64,000 bases of DNA from Planctomycetota bacterium (GTDB lineage Bacteria > Planctomycetota > PLA2 > JAEUHO01). Under the pieces are notes generated by a model. The model saw only the letters and a program-made list of their open reading frames with translations, was not told the origin of the DNA and made no database searches. The DNA is taken from contig CBDCWP010000021.1 in NCBI GenBank assembly GCA_965223505.1, forward strand, positions 1-64,000. The letters run 5' to 3'. A program made the position numbers and the translations under genes. Below are positions 1 through 10,918 of the stretch, piece after piece. Position 1 is the stretch's first letter; every line of letters starts with the position of its first letter.

Positions 1-112
1 GCGCGCCTATCATGTCGGGCCCGGTGGTTTCGGGCTTGGCCATCGTGGATGCGTTTCGGACTCGAACCTGCGGGTCCGTGGGATGTCCAGGCCCCGGGCA
101 GGAGCACAACCG

Positions 113-1741
113 ATGGACGGCAGGAAACAGCTGCGCGAGCGACTGACCCAACCGGGGCCGCTGCTCGTCGGCGGCGCGCACGACGGCCTCTCGGCGGTCC
201 TGGTGCGCGAGGCCGGCTTCGACGCCGTCTGGGCGTCCGGCTTCGAGATCTCCGCGAGTCACGCGGTTCCGGACGCGAACATCCTCACCATGACCGACAA
301 CCTGCGCGCGGCGGCCAACATGGTCGAAGCGTCCGGGATCCCGGTCATCGCCGACTGCGACAACGGCTACGGCAACGCGATCAACGTGATCCACGCGGTT
401 CGCGGCTACGAAAAGGAAGGCATCGCGGCGATCTGCATCGAGGACAACGTCTTTCCCAAGCGTTGCTCGTTCTACGCGGGCGTGAAGCGCGAGCTCGCCG
501 ACATCGACGAGCACGCCGGCAAGATCAAGGCCTGCCTCGACAAGCGCCGGTCGGACGAGTTCGCCATCATCGCGCGCACGGAAGCGTTGATCGCCGGGTG
601 GGGCATGGAGGAAGCGCTCAAGCGCGGCCGCGCGTACGCCGACGCGGGCGCGGACCTGGTGCTCGTGCACAGCAAGTCGAAGGATCCCGACGAGGTGCTC
701 GAGTTCGGACGCCACTGGGACCGCGACGTCCCGCTGGTGGCCGTACCGACCATCTACAAGACCACGACCGCCTCGACGCTGGCCGAGGCCGGCTACAAGG
801 TCGTGATCTACGCGAACCACGGCCTGCGCTCCGCCATCAAGGCGATGCGCTCGACGTTCGAGACGCTCGTGAAAGAGCAACACTGCAGCGCCGTGGACGA
901 TCGCATCGTCCCGCTGCAGGACGTGTACGACCTGATCGGCGTGTCGACGATGAAGGAAGAGGAGAAGACCTACATGCCCGCCGGCGGCGGGAAGGTCGGC
1001 GCGGTGATCCTCGCGGCGGGCGCAAGCCCGGAGCTCGGCGAGCTGACCGAGGACCGCCCCAAGGCGATGCTCGACATCAAGGGCAAGCCGCTGCTGGCGC
1101 GCCAGGTCGAGGCGCTGAACGCGGCCGGGGTGAAGGACATCTCCGTCGTCGTCGGCTGGAAGAAGGAGGCCGTCAATCTCCCGAACCTACGGACGTACGT
1201 CGCGGAGGAGAGCGGCGGCGAGCTGGCCTCGCTGATGAAGGCCGAGCCGGAGCTCAACCGGCGAACGCTGGTGCTCTACGGCGACATCCTCTTCGACAAA
1301 GGGCTGGTGGAGCGCCTGCTGCAGGCCGAGGGCGACGCCGTGCTCGTCGTGGACCGCGCAAGCTTGCCCGACCGGTCGAACCGCGACCTCGTGCAGACCA
1401 AGAACCACGTCGACACGAACGGGCGCTTCCTGAACGGGCAGCGGCTCGACTCGTTGTCGCTGATCGGCCAGGGCATCGAGAACGCCAACGGCGAGTGGAA
1501 CGGCATGATGATGCTGTCCGAAGCCGGTGTGGCGTCGCTCAAGGGCCTGTACGAGCGATTGAACACAGATCGCGCGGACCAACCGCTGCACCAGGCGTCG
1601 CGCCTCGAGGAGGCGGCGCTGACCGACATGATCCAGGCGCTGGTCGAAGACGGCCTGACGGTCAACGCGATCGACACCTACAAGGGCTGGATGGAGATCG
1701 ACACGTTCGAGGACTACCGCCGCGCGTGGAGCCAAGTGTAG
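113..1741 (+). CDS. pepM: Phosphoenolpyruvate mutase fused to C-terminal NTP (cytidylyl)transferase domain
   Basis: ICL/PEPM-family motifs GAHDGLSA, WASGF, DCDNGYG, IEDNVFPKRCS, IIARTEAL, ADLVLVHSK, VIYANHGLRS; C-terminal LAAG..DRPKAML..YGDILF..WMEIDT; GGAG RBS at 101-104 supports ATG 113; context of decarboxylase and transaminase. Confidence 0.88.
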   Translation: MDGRKQLRERLTQPGPLLVGGAHDGLSAVLVREAGFDAVWASGFEISASHAVPDANILTMTDNLRAAANMVEASGIPVIADCDNGYGNAINVIHAVRGYEKEGIAAICIEDNVFPKRCSFYAGVKRELADIDEHAGKIKACLDKRRSDEFAIIARTEALIAGWGMEEALKRGRAYADAGADLVLVHSKSKDPDEVLEFGRHWDRDVPLVAVPTIYKTTTASTLAEAGYKVVIYANHGLRSAIKAMRSTFETLVKEQHCSAVDDRIVPLQDVYDLIGVSTMKEEEKTYMPAGGGKVGAVILAAGASPELGELTEDRPKAMLDIKGKPLLARQVEALNAAGVKDISVVVGWKKEAVNLPNLRTYVAEESGGELASLMKAEPELNRRTLVLYGDILFDKGLVERLLQAEGDAVLVVDRASLPDRSNRDLVQTKNHVDTNGRFLNGQRLDSLSLIGQGIENANGEWNGMMMLSEAGVASLKGLYERLNTDRADQPLHQASRLEEAALTDMIQALVEDGLTVNAIDTYKGWMEIDTFEDYRRAWSQV

Positions 1742-1776
1742 GACCGTCCTTGTCTCGAAGTCTGCAACCGTTCATC

Positions 1777-1803
1777 GCGGGCGGGGTCGAGCCCCGCCCC
1801 TAC
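1777..1803 (-). repeat. GTAG-family REP palindrome (type A)
   Basis: Reverse complement GTAGGGGCGGGGCTCGACCCCGCCCGC matches 18070-18096 with 1 mismatch. Confidence 0.8.
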
Positions 1804-1816
1804 AGGGCAACCCGCC

Positions 1817-2317
1817 GTGCCTAAGACCACCGAATTCCTGAGCGCGCTGGAGTCGAACGGATACGACTTCTTCACCGGTGTGCCCTGCTCGCTGCTCAAG
1901 GGCGTCATCCGCCGCTTCGACGAAGAGCCCAAGTGGGGCTACGTCAGCGCGGTGCGCGAAGACTCGGCCGTCGGCATCGCGGCCGGGGCCTACATGGCCG
2001 GCAAGACGCCGGCCGTGTTCATGCAGAACAGCGGCATGGGCGTGTGCATGAACGCGCTCGTGAGCCTGAACATCATCTACGAGATCCCGTGCCTGCTCGT
2101 CGCGTCCTGGCGCGGCAAGGACGGCAAGGACGCGCCGGAGCACATCGTCATGGGGCGCATCATGGAGTCGTACTACGACCAGATCGGGCTGCCCCACCGC
2201 ATCCTCGATCCCGACTCGATCGAGGACGACGTCGCCGCCATCACGAAGGAGATCCAAGCCCGCCGGGTGCCGGGCGCGTTGATCGTCGCGAAGGGGATTC
2301 TCGATGCGTCGAGCTGA
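1817..2317 (+). CDS. Phosphonopyruvate decarboxylase, N-terminal (alpha, ComD-like) subunit
   Basis: FFTGVPCSLLK, REDSAVGIAAG, MQNSGMG, WRG..DAPEH..MG motifs of the Ppd/ComD TPP N-domain. Confidence 0.88.
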   Translation: MPKTTEFLSALESNGYDFFTGVPCSLLKGVIRRFDEEPKWGYVSAVREDSAVGIAAGAYMAGKTPAVFMQNSGMGVCMNALVSLNIIYEIPCLLVASWRGKDGKDAPEHIVMGRIMESYYDQIGLPHRILDPDSIEDDVAAITKEIQARRVPGALIVAKGILDASS

Positions 2318-2861
2318 AGCCGTCGAACAGGTGATGAAGGCCGTCACGGACGAGCTCGTCGTGGCGTGCAACGGCATGATCGGCCGCGAGGTGTTCACCT
2401 ACGGCGATCGCGAAGCCAACTTCTACATGATCGGCTCCATGGGCCTGGCGCTCTCGATCGGCATCGGCGCGGCCGTCAACCGGCCCGACAAGCGCGTGCT
2501 GGTGATCGACGGCGACGGCAACGTGCTGATGGGCGCGGGCGTGCTCGGCAGCGCCGTGGCGGTCGGCGCGACCAACCTGCTGCACGTCGTGCTCGACAAC
2601 GAAGCCCACGGCTCGACGGGCGATCAGCGCACGATCACCGAGACCGTGGACCTGGCCGCGCTCGCGCGCGCGTCCGGCTACACCTGGGCCGAGCGCGTCG
2701 AGCCGGACGCGCTCGCGGAGACACTGCCCGCGTTTCTCGAGCGCGATGGACCGGCGATGCTGCTGGTCAAGGTCGAGAAGGGCAACCAGCCCGGCATCGC
2801 GCGCGTGAGCTACGAGCCGCCCGAGATCACGAAGCGCTTCGCGGACGCCACACGAGCATGA
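2304..2861 (+). CDS. Phosphonopyruvate decarboxylase, TPP-binding (beta, ComE-like) subunit
   Basis: NFYMIGSMG, IDGDGNVLM..LDNEAHGSTGDQ TPP-binding motif; overlaps alpha subunit gene. Confidence 0.88.
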   Translation: MRRAEAVEQVMKAVTDELVVACNGMIGREVFTYGDREANFYMIGSMGLALSIGIGAAVNRPDKRVLVIDGDGNVLMGAGVLGSAVAVGATNLLHVVLDNEAHGSTGDQRTITETVDLAALARASGYTWAERVEPDALAETLPAFLERDGPAMLLVKVEKGNQPGIARVSYEPPEITKRFADATRA

Positions 2862-3919
2862 GCACCCAGGCCTTTACGCTGCTGAACCCGGGGCCGATCA
2901 ACGTGTCAAAGGCGGTGCGCCGCGCGCTCGCCGAGAGTCCCGACCAGTGCCACCGCGAGGTCGAGTACCTCGAGATGCAAGGCCGCGTACGGTCGAAGCT
3001 CGTGGAGGCGTTCGGCATCGCCGCCGACTACGAGGCCGCGCTGCTCACGGGCTCCGGAACGGCGGGCATGGAAGCCATGGTCGCGTCGGTGTGCGGCGAC
3101 GGCGTCGTCGTCATCGACAACGGGGTCTACGGCGACCGGCTCGCCAAGATGGCCACCGCCAACGGCGTCACCCATCGCCGCGTCACCTACTCGTGGTTCG
3201 AGCGGCCGGATCTCGAAGCCATCGAGAGCGCGCTCTCCGACGAGTTCGACACGATCGCCGTCGTGCATCACGAGACGACGACCGGGCTGCTGAACGATCT
3301 CGCGCCCATCGGCGAGCTCGCGCGCAAGCACGGCAAGCGGTTGATCATCGACAGCATCAGCGGGCTCGCGGGCGAGACGTTCGACTTCGACGCGATTCGC
3401 CCGGACGCCGTGTGCTGCACGGCGAACAAGTGCGTGCAGGGTCTGCCGGGGGTCTCGTTCGTATTCGTGCGCAACGGGACGGAGCTTCGACAGCGCTCCG
3501 TCTATCTCGACCTCGGCAACCTGTTGACGAAGCAGCGCGCCGGCGACACGCCCTTCACGCCCGCGATCCAGGTGACGGCGGCGCTGGAGACGGCGCTCGA
3601 CGAGCTGATCGAAGAGACGGTCGAAGGCCGCATCGCGCGCTACGGCAGGGCGTCCGCGGCGATCCGTACGGCGCTCGCGAACCTTCAGCTCGACCTGCTG
3701 CTGCCGGAGGCGTACCGAAGCAACACCATCACGTGCGCGCGGCTGCCCGAGGGCGTCACGTACGAGCAGATGCACGCGCGCATGCGCGAGGAGGGCTACG
3801 TCATCTACGCCGGGCAGGGCAGCCTGAGCCGCGAGGCGTTTCGCGTCGCGAACATGGGGTTGATCCCCGACGAAGCGCTCGAGCGCTTCGAGCCGGCGCT
3901 GCGGAAAGCCATCTCGTGA
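2858..3919 (+). CDS. phnW: 2-aminoethylphosphonate aminotransferase (class V PLP, PhnW/AepZ-like)
   Basis: LLNPGP, GSGTAGMEA, NGVYGDR, VHHETTTGLLN, TANKCVQGLPG (PLP Lys), PFTP, IYAGQ..FRVANMG; ATGA overlap with the upstream stop. Confidence 0.88.
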   Translation: MSTQAFTLLNPGPINVSKAVRRALAESPDQCHREVEYLEMQGRVRSKLVEAFGIAADYEAALLTGSGTAGMEAMVASVCGDGVVVIDNGVYGDRLAKMATANGVTHRRVTYSWFERPDLEAIESALSDEFDTIAVVHHETTTGLLNDLAPIGELARKHGKRLIIDSISGLAGETFDFDAIRPDAVCCTANKCVQGLPGVSFVFVRNGTELRQRSVYLDLGNLLTKQRAGDTPFTPAIQVTAALETALDELIEETVEGRIARYGRASAAIRTALANLQLDLLLPEAYRSNTITCARLPEGVTYEQMHARMREEGYVIYAGQGSLSREAFRVANMGLIPDEALERFEPALRKAIS

Positions 3920-4590
3920 TCGCCGTGTTGCTCGCGGCGGGCGTGGGCCGCCGGCTGGGCGACGACCGGCCGAAGGTGTTGCTCGAGATCGGCGGGCGCA
4001 CGCTGCTCGACCGGCACGTGGAGAACCTGCGCAAGGCCGGGGTTTCGTTGCGCGTCGTGACGGGCTTCCACGCGGCGCAGCTCGCGGCGCTCTTGGACGA
4101 CGACGTGGACGTCGCGCACAACCCGCACTTTCGAAGCGGCAGCGTGCTCTCGTTGCGCCGCGGGCTCGAGGATCTGGACGACGACGTCGTGGTCATGGAC
4201 GGCGACGTGCTCTACGACCCGACGATCCTGACGGACGTGATGCACCTCGAGCGCGGCTTCGCGCTCGATCCGCGCACGGATCCGGGCGACGAGGAGATGA
4301 TGATCGGCGTGCGGGACGGCAAGGCGCGAGCGATTCGGCGCGGCAAGCTCGACGACTTCGACCTGGTGGGCGAGGGCGTCGGGTTCTTCAAGCTCGACCG
4401 CGCGCACATCGAGCCGTTGATGGCGTGCATCGATCGTTGCGACCCGGCGGGCGACTACGAGGCGGCGCTGGACATGTTGATCGGCGAGCACGGGGCGGAC
4501 TACGTCGAGGTCGGCGACCGGCCGTGGACGGAGATCGACTTCCCGGAAGACGTCGTGCGCGCCGAAACGGAGATCCTGCCGCGGCTGTAG
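3916..4590 (+). CDS. Phosphonate/phosphocholine cytidylyltransferase (LicC/PntC-like NTP transferase)
   Basis: LLAAGVGRRLG..PKVLL, MDGDVLYD, GEGVGFFK, WTEIDFPED; GTGA overlap. Confidence 0.85.
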   Translation: MIAVLLAAGVGRRLGDDRPKVLLEIGGRTLLDRHVENLRKAGVSLRVVTGFHAAQLAALLDDDVDVAHNPHFRSGSVLSLRRGLEDLDDDVVVMDGDVLYDPTILTDVMHLERGFALDPRTDPGDEEMMIGVRDGKARAIRRGKLDDFDLVGEGVGFFKLDRAHIEPLMACIDRCDPAGDYEAALDMLIGEHGADYVEVGDRPWTEIDFPEDVVRAETEILPRL

Positions 4591-4673
4591 GGGGGCAGCC
4601 CTTGTGGCTGCCCAACCGCGCGTTCGTGCGCAACCTGTCGACACGCTTGGGCGACCACGAGGGTCGCCCCTAC
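4587..4673. repeat. REP doublet (REPIN-like) between convergent genes
   Basis: GTAG-GGGGGCAGCCCTTGTGGCTGCCC ... GGGCGACCACGAGGGTCGCCCCTAC in inverted orientation; related copies at 18011, 23315 and 33790. Confidence 0.82.
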
Positions 4674-5443
4674 GAAACCACCGCCGGCGGACGTCGCTCG
4701 AGCCGGCGCTGCATCCACAAGGTCACGATCGCCAGGACGTTCATCGGCACGCAGGCGATCATCGCGTACTCGAGCGGACGACCCAACGCGCAGCAGATCG
4801 AAAGGATCGTCAGGTGCGTCGTCGGGCCGTTCCACAAGAACAACACGATCGGCACCCGCACCCGCGCCCGGTACGCCTCGCGGTCCGTCACCGGGTCGCG
4901 GCCCAAACCGACGAAGTACGGCAGGAACGCGCGGATGAGCGCGCCGCGCAACCCGGGCGACGCCTGCGCCTCCGCGCGCATGGCCTCCACGTCGTCGACC
5001 TTGCCGTCGTACCGGCGCTTGTAGCGGTCCAACAGCGACGACGTCCACGCCAGCGAGACGCCCGCGCCGACGCCCCACCCGACGGCATGCGCGATGCCGT
5101 GCAGGCGGTAGATCCACAACAGCAACCCGACGCTGATCGAGACGGTCGCCGTGAGATCGCCGATCCCGTCGGCGATGCGCCCCATCACGCCGCCGCCGCC
5201 GCGCAGCCGCGCGAGCTGCCCGTCGGTGCAGTCGAAGATCAGGAACGCGAAGACGAAGCAGGCGCCGGCGATCCCTTGCCCCAACGCCAGCAGGACGCCG
5301 GCGGCGAGCCCCATGAGGCCGGCGACGCCGGACAGCATGTTCGGGGTGATCGGCGAGCGTTTCACGGCGGCGACGATGGCGCGCGCCACGGGCCGGTTGA
5401 CGACCCGGTCCATCAGCTCATCGGTGATCACCCGCCTGCCCAT
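4670..5443 (-). CDS. CDP-alcohol phosphatidyltransferase
   Basis: ITPNMLS and the signature DCTDGQLAR..G..ADGIGD; several hydrophobic helices; start approximate. Confidence 0.85.
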   Translation of the reverse strand: MGRRVITDELMDRVVNRPVARAIVAAVKRSPITPNMLSGVAGLMGLAAGVLLALGQGIAGACFVFAFLIFDCTDGQLARLRGGGGVMGRIADGIGDLTATVSISVGLLLWIYRLHGIAHAVGWGVGAGVSLAWTSSLLDRYKRRYDGKVDDVEAMRAEAQASPGLRGALIRAFLPYFVGLGRDPVTDREAYRARVRVPIVLFLWNGPTTHLTILSICCALGRPLEYAMIACVPMNVLAIVTLWMQRRLERRPPAVVS

Positions 5444-5505
5444 CAGCGGCAGAAGTGTAGATACGCGCGGGGGCACGACGAAGCGCAAGCCGCTACACTT
5501 CCGCC

Positions 5506-5865
5506 ATGGCAAGCCTCGTATTCGTGCTGGCGCACTCGACCGACGAGCCCGATCGGGCCGCGACGGCGCTTCAGACGGCGCTCGACGCGGCGCGCGCCGG
5601 CAACGACGTCGCGCTGTGGCTGACCGGCGAGGGCGTTCGACTGGGCGTCGAGGGCGTCGCGGAGACGCTGCGCGAGCCGACGCCGACCTCGGCCGCGGAG
5701 ATGATCGAGGCGCTGGCCGATGGCGGCGCGGTGCTGTACTGCCATCAGGGCTCGTTCGAACGCCGCAAGTTCGAAGCAGAGGCGCTTCGCAACGGGGCGC
5801 AGGTCGCGGCCGGCGATGTCTTGGCGAAGTTGGTCTCCGAGGGCGCGCACTCCATCACCCTCTAA
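5506..5865 (+). CDS. DsrE-family (DsrE/DsrF-like) protein
   Basis: HSTDEPDRA..A..AG.DVALWLTGEGV..LYC pattern, 119 aa. Confidence 0.75.
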   Translation: MASLVFVLAHSTDEPDRAATALQTALDAARAGNDVALWLTGEGVRLGVEGVAETLREPTPTSAAEMIEALADGGAVLYCHQGSFERRKFEAEALRNGAQVAAGDVLAKLVSEGAHSITL

Positions 5866-5898
5866 CGCTCTCCCGGACCGCCATGGGATGCTGTAGCC

Positions 5899-7767
<1,869 letters not shown>

Positions 7768-7804
7768 GGGGCAGGCCGCGGGTGCTCGGCGGCGCTGCGC
7801 CGTG

Positions 7805-7867
7805 TCGTCGCTGCGTGGCAGACCACGCGGCCTCCTCCACGGCTTTGCGGCGCCTTCGCCCCAGCGA
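7805..7867 (+). repeat. Dispersed structured repeat (copy 1)
   Basis: 55/63 identity by hand alignment to the reverse complement of 39963-40025; conserved GCGTGG-N4-CCACGC hairpin. Confidence 0.75.
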
Positions 7868-7907
7868 CCCGCCCATCCGGAGAGGGTTGGTGAGGGCCCC
7901 CACATCC

Positions 7908-7937
7908 CGTTCAATGGCCGTTGAACGTTTCGTTCAA
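7908..7937. promoter_or_regulatory. Candidate enhancer (UAS) for the sigma54 activator
   Basis: CGTTCAA-N6-TTGAACG-TTT-CGTTCAA: three half-sites forming two inverted repeats, about 100-130 bp upstream of a -24/-12 element. Confidence 0.6.
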
Positions 7938-7995
7938 TCGGACCGGGGTGAGCCGGGTCTGCCCAAACCCGGGCTGTCGTCGTAAACTGCTTTCA

Positions 7996-8008
7996 GATAA
8001 AGCACTTG
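7996..8008 (+). promoter_or_regulatory. Candidate IHF site
   Basis: GATAAAGCACTTG versus consensus WATCAANNNNTTR (2 mismatches), in an AT-rich patch between UAS and promoter. Confidence 0.4.
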
Positions 8009-8035
8009 GGTTCATTTGGCGGGGTCGGTGGGCGA

Positions 8036-8051
8036 CCGGCACGGCGCTTGT
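8036..8051 (+). promoter_or_regulatory. Candidate sigma54 -24/-12 promoter
   Basis: CCGGCACGGCGCTTGT versus YTGGCACGRNNNTTGCW; correct GG-N10-G spacing, -12 reads GT instead of GC. Confidence 0.6.
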
Positions 8052-8065
8052 GCTAGCCCCCGTCG

Positions 8066-9970
8066 ATGATGGAGGTAATCACCCTGGCCGACGGACGCAC
8101 GATCCGCGAATGGACGATCCACTGCCCCAGCTGCGGGCAGCCGGTCTCCGTCGCGGGCGACGATCCGGTTGCCTGCCCCGCCTGCCACGCGGAGGTACGC
8201 CCGGGCGGCGTGCCGACCGCAGCGCTTCGCACCAAGGCCAGGGCGCTCGACGACACCGACTCGCTCGTCGGACAGAGCCTGGGCAAGTGGCGCCCGGTAC
8301 GCCTCATCGGCCGCGGCGGCATGGGACGCGTCTACGAAGCCGAGCAGGAAGGCCGCGGGAAGCGCCGCGTCGCGCTCAAGGTGCTCAGCGAAGACCTCGC
8401 ATCCGACCCGGCGTTCGTGAAGCGCTTCCAGCGCGAGGCGCGCCTACTGTCGGGCCTCTCGCACCCCCACGTCGTCCAGGTCCTCGAACAGGGCGAGACC
8501 GACGGCCGACTCTGGTTCGCCATGGAGTACGTGCGCGGCGAGAACCTGCGCCGGCGCATCGAGAAAGGACCGCTGCCCGCGCGCGAAGCCGGCCGCATCG
8601 CGTCCGAGATCGCCTCGGCGCTGTCCTACGCCCACGAGAAGGGCGTCATCCACCGCGACCTGAAGCCCGAGAACGTGCTGCTCGACGAAGCCGGCACGGT
8701 GCACCTGGTGGACTTCGGCTTGTCGCGCCTCGTTTCCCGCGGCCTCACCGAAGCGTCGACGCGCCTCACGCGCACCGACGTGATCATGGGCACGTACGAG
8801 TACATGTCGCCCGAACAGCGTCGCGGCGACCGTGAGCTCGACGCGCGCGCGGACGTCTTCGCGCTCGGCGTCATCCTGTACGAGATGCTCACCGGCGCGC
8901 TGCCGGTCGGACGCTTCGCCGCGCCCAGCCGCACCTCGCGCGGCATCCCGGCCGCGTTCGACTCGCTCGTGGACCGCGCGTTGGCACCGAAGCGCGACGA
9001 CCGCGTGCCCTCCGCCCGCGCCTTCCAGGAAGACATCGGCAAGGCGCTCGCGAAGCCCGCGCCGCCCCTGCAGCCGCCGCCCGTGCCGGTCGCGCGCGCG
9101 GACGTGAACGAAGCGCGCGGCACGCTCCGACACATCGACATCCTGGCGACGGTCGACAAGGTCGTCGGCCTGATCGCGCTGCTCGTCGGCTTCGGGGTCC
9201 AGATCCCGATCGCCATGGGCACGAGCTTCCTGGTCGTCATCCCGGGCATCGCGCTCGTCATCATGGGCTTCCTGCTGATGCGCCTGGGCGGCCGGCTCTC
9301 GCGCATGGAGGACGGTTCGCGCGAGGCGCAGATGGTCGCGAGCGGCATCATGCTGTTCTTCCCGCCCTTCCTGACCATCGCCGGCGTGTACGGACTCATC
9401 GTGCTCACCACCGACAAGGCGCGCTTGGCGTTCCGCGTGGGACGCGAGCCGCTCGCGTCGAGCGACCGGCCTTCGGTCATCCAGCGCCGCGTGATCAACC
9501 TGTCCTCGCCGTCGCATCCGAACCGCGCGTCGTTCCTGCTGCGCGCGTTCCACTTCGCGGCGATCTTGTGGAGCCTGTACGTGGGCTTCGTCGCCCTCGA
9601 GACGCTGCTGATCGACCCGGACGCCAACTTCCTGTCGCACGTGGAGAACAGCTACTACGAGAGCATCGAGTACGCCTTGGTCATTCGCAACATCACGATC
9701 GTCGCCGCCGGCGTCGCCGTTCTCGTGATGCTGCGCATGTTCGCCGTGCGCCGCCGGCAGCGCGGTCTGGGACTGGCGGTCATCGCCTTCCTGTTCCTGG
9801 CGAGCGCCGCGGCGTTCGTCACGGTCGCGCACGACAGCCAGTTCCGCGCATCGACCTCGAGCATGCCGCGCCGCGTGTACTTCGGCGCCATCGAACAACG
9901 ACATGAACCCGCTCCCCGGCTGGCTCAGTCGCTGAACCCGTCGCCCCCGTCTACGGAGACAGTAACGTGA
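8066..9970 (+). CDS. Membrane Ser/Thr protein kinase with N-terminal Zn ribbon and multi-TM C-terminus
   Basis: CPSC..CPAC; GRGGMG, VALK, HRDLKPEN, DFG, YMSPE; several hydrophobic helices after a Pro-rich linker. Confidence 0.93.
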   Translation: MMEVITLADGRTIREWTIHCPSCGQPVSVAGDDPVACPACHAEVRPGGVPTAALRTKARALDDTDSLVGQSLGKWRPVRLIGRGGMGRVYEAEQEGRGKRRVALKVLSEDLASDPAFVKRFQREARLLSGLSHPHVVQVLEQGETDGRLWFAMEYVRGENLRRRIEKGPLPAREAGRIASEIASALSYAHEKGVIHRDLKPENVLLDEAGTVHLVDFGLSRLVSRGLTEASTRLTRTDVIMGTYEYMSPEQRRGDRELDARADVFALGVILYEMLTGALPVGRFAAPSRTSRGIPAAFDSLVDRALAPKRDDRVPSARAFQEDIGKALAKPAPPLQPPPVPVARADVNEARGTLRHIDILATVDKVVGLIALLVGFGVQIPIAMGTSFLVVIPGIALVIMGFLLMRLGGRLSRMEDGSREAQMVASGIMLFFPPFLTIAGVYGLIVLTTDKARLAFRVGREPLASSDRPSVIQRRVINLSSPSHPNRASFLLRAFHFAAILWSLYVGFVALETLLIDPDANFLSHVENSYYESIEYALVIRNITIVAAGVAVLVMLRMFAVRRRQRGLGLAVIAFLFLASAAAFVTVAHDSQFRASTSSMPRRVYFGAIEQRHEPAPRLAQSLNPSPPSTETVT

Positions 9971-10791
9971 AGAAACTCATCATCATTGGCCTCATCGGCG
10001 CCGGGCTGATTGCATTCATCGGTACGGATGTCGTGGGCTCCGCCGTCTCGGGCGCACGCGATTCGCTGCGAGACAAGCTCAAGAGCGAGACGCCGCTGGC
10101 GACCCAGCTGGCCGAAGCGCAACAGGCCGTCGATGCCTACGCCGAGAGCATCATTCGAGGCGAGGTCGCGGCCGAGAACCTCAAGGACATGATCATCGAC
10201 GTCGAACGTGAAGTTCGCGCGCTGGCCGTCCGCGTGGAGAAGGGTCGCGAGACCCTGGTTGCGCTGCGATCGGAGCTGAAGTCCGGCGACGCCGCCGACG
10301 GCGCGCTGGTGCCGGCTTCGGTGCGTCCGGTCAACGACGGCGCGCAGCAGCGCAACGCGATCCGGCACGTGCACGCGTTCCGGATGGCCAGCGAGTCGCT
10401 GACCCGCCGCGAACGTGACCTCGAGCGCCTGAAGCAGGAATACGCTTCCACGGTGCAGTCGATCGAGAAGGCGCGCGTCGAGCGCGTTCGCTTGAGCGAC
10501 GAGGTCCGCACGCTGACGGCGGAGCTCGAGTCGGTCAACGCGCGGAAGGCCGCGGCCCGCACGCGCGAGTCCGTCGGCGACAGCTCGGTCGCGAAGAGCG
10601 GCTTCGCCCGCGCGAAGGATCGGCTGAGCCGGATCAAGAACGCGATCCGCGAGCAGAACAAGCTGCTCGAGTACTACGAAGTGCGCGGCATGGAGTCCGA
10701 CGTGTACACGGCGGATTCGTTCGAGGTGTTGCACCCCGAAAACGCGGACGTTGCCATCGAGGAAGCGCTCGCCGCGTACCCGGGCAACTAG
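9967..10791 (+). CDS. Membrane-anchored long coiled-coil protein, PspA/IM30-like
   Basis: N-terminal MKKLIIIGLIGAGLIAFIG anchor, then continuous E/K/R/A heptad-like helices; GTGA-coupled to the kinase; family call tentative. Confidence 0.6.
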   Translation: MKKLIIIGLIGAGLIAFIGTDVVGSAVSGARDSLRDKLKSETPLATQLAEAQQAVDAYAESIIRGEVAAENLKDMIIDVEREVRALAVRVEKGRETLVALRSELKSGDAADGALVPASVRPVNDGAQQRNAIRHVHAFRMASESLTRRERDLERLKQEYASTVQSIEKARVERVRLSDEVRTLTAELESVNARKAAARTRESVGDSSVAKSGFARAKDRLSRIKNAIREQNKLLEYYEVRGMESDVYTADSFEVLHPENADVAIEEALAAYPGN

Positions 10792-10918
10792 CTCGTAGCC
10801 AGAAGCCCTGAGCACGGCCGACGGGCCGCGCCGAAGGGGGTAATCGTCAACGAAGGTGGCAGACCGCGCCCTGACTGCGGTCGGTGGTCGCGGTCTGCCG
10901 TTTACAGGAGCCGGTGCA

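Noticed and set aside
49..1824. Long Arg/Gly-rich alternative-frame and antisense ORFs (also 5443-7914, 16079-18073, 23985-26714, 45071-47419, 59644-61857)
   Set aside because: Shadow ORFs expected at high GC; they overlap genes with clear motifs and have none of their own
1817..2861. Sulfopyruvate decarboxylase ComDE (coenzyme M synthesis)
   Set aside because: Split architecture fits, but flanking PEP mutase, AEP transaminase and cytidylyltransferases favour phosphonopyruvate decarboxylase
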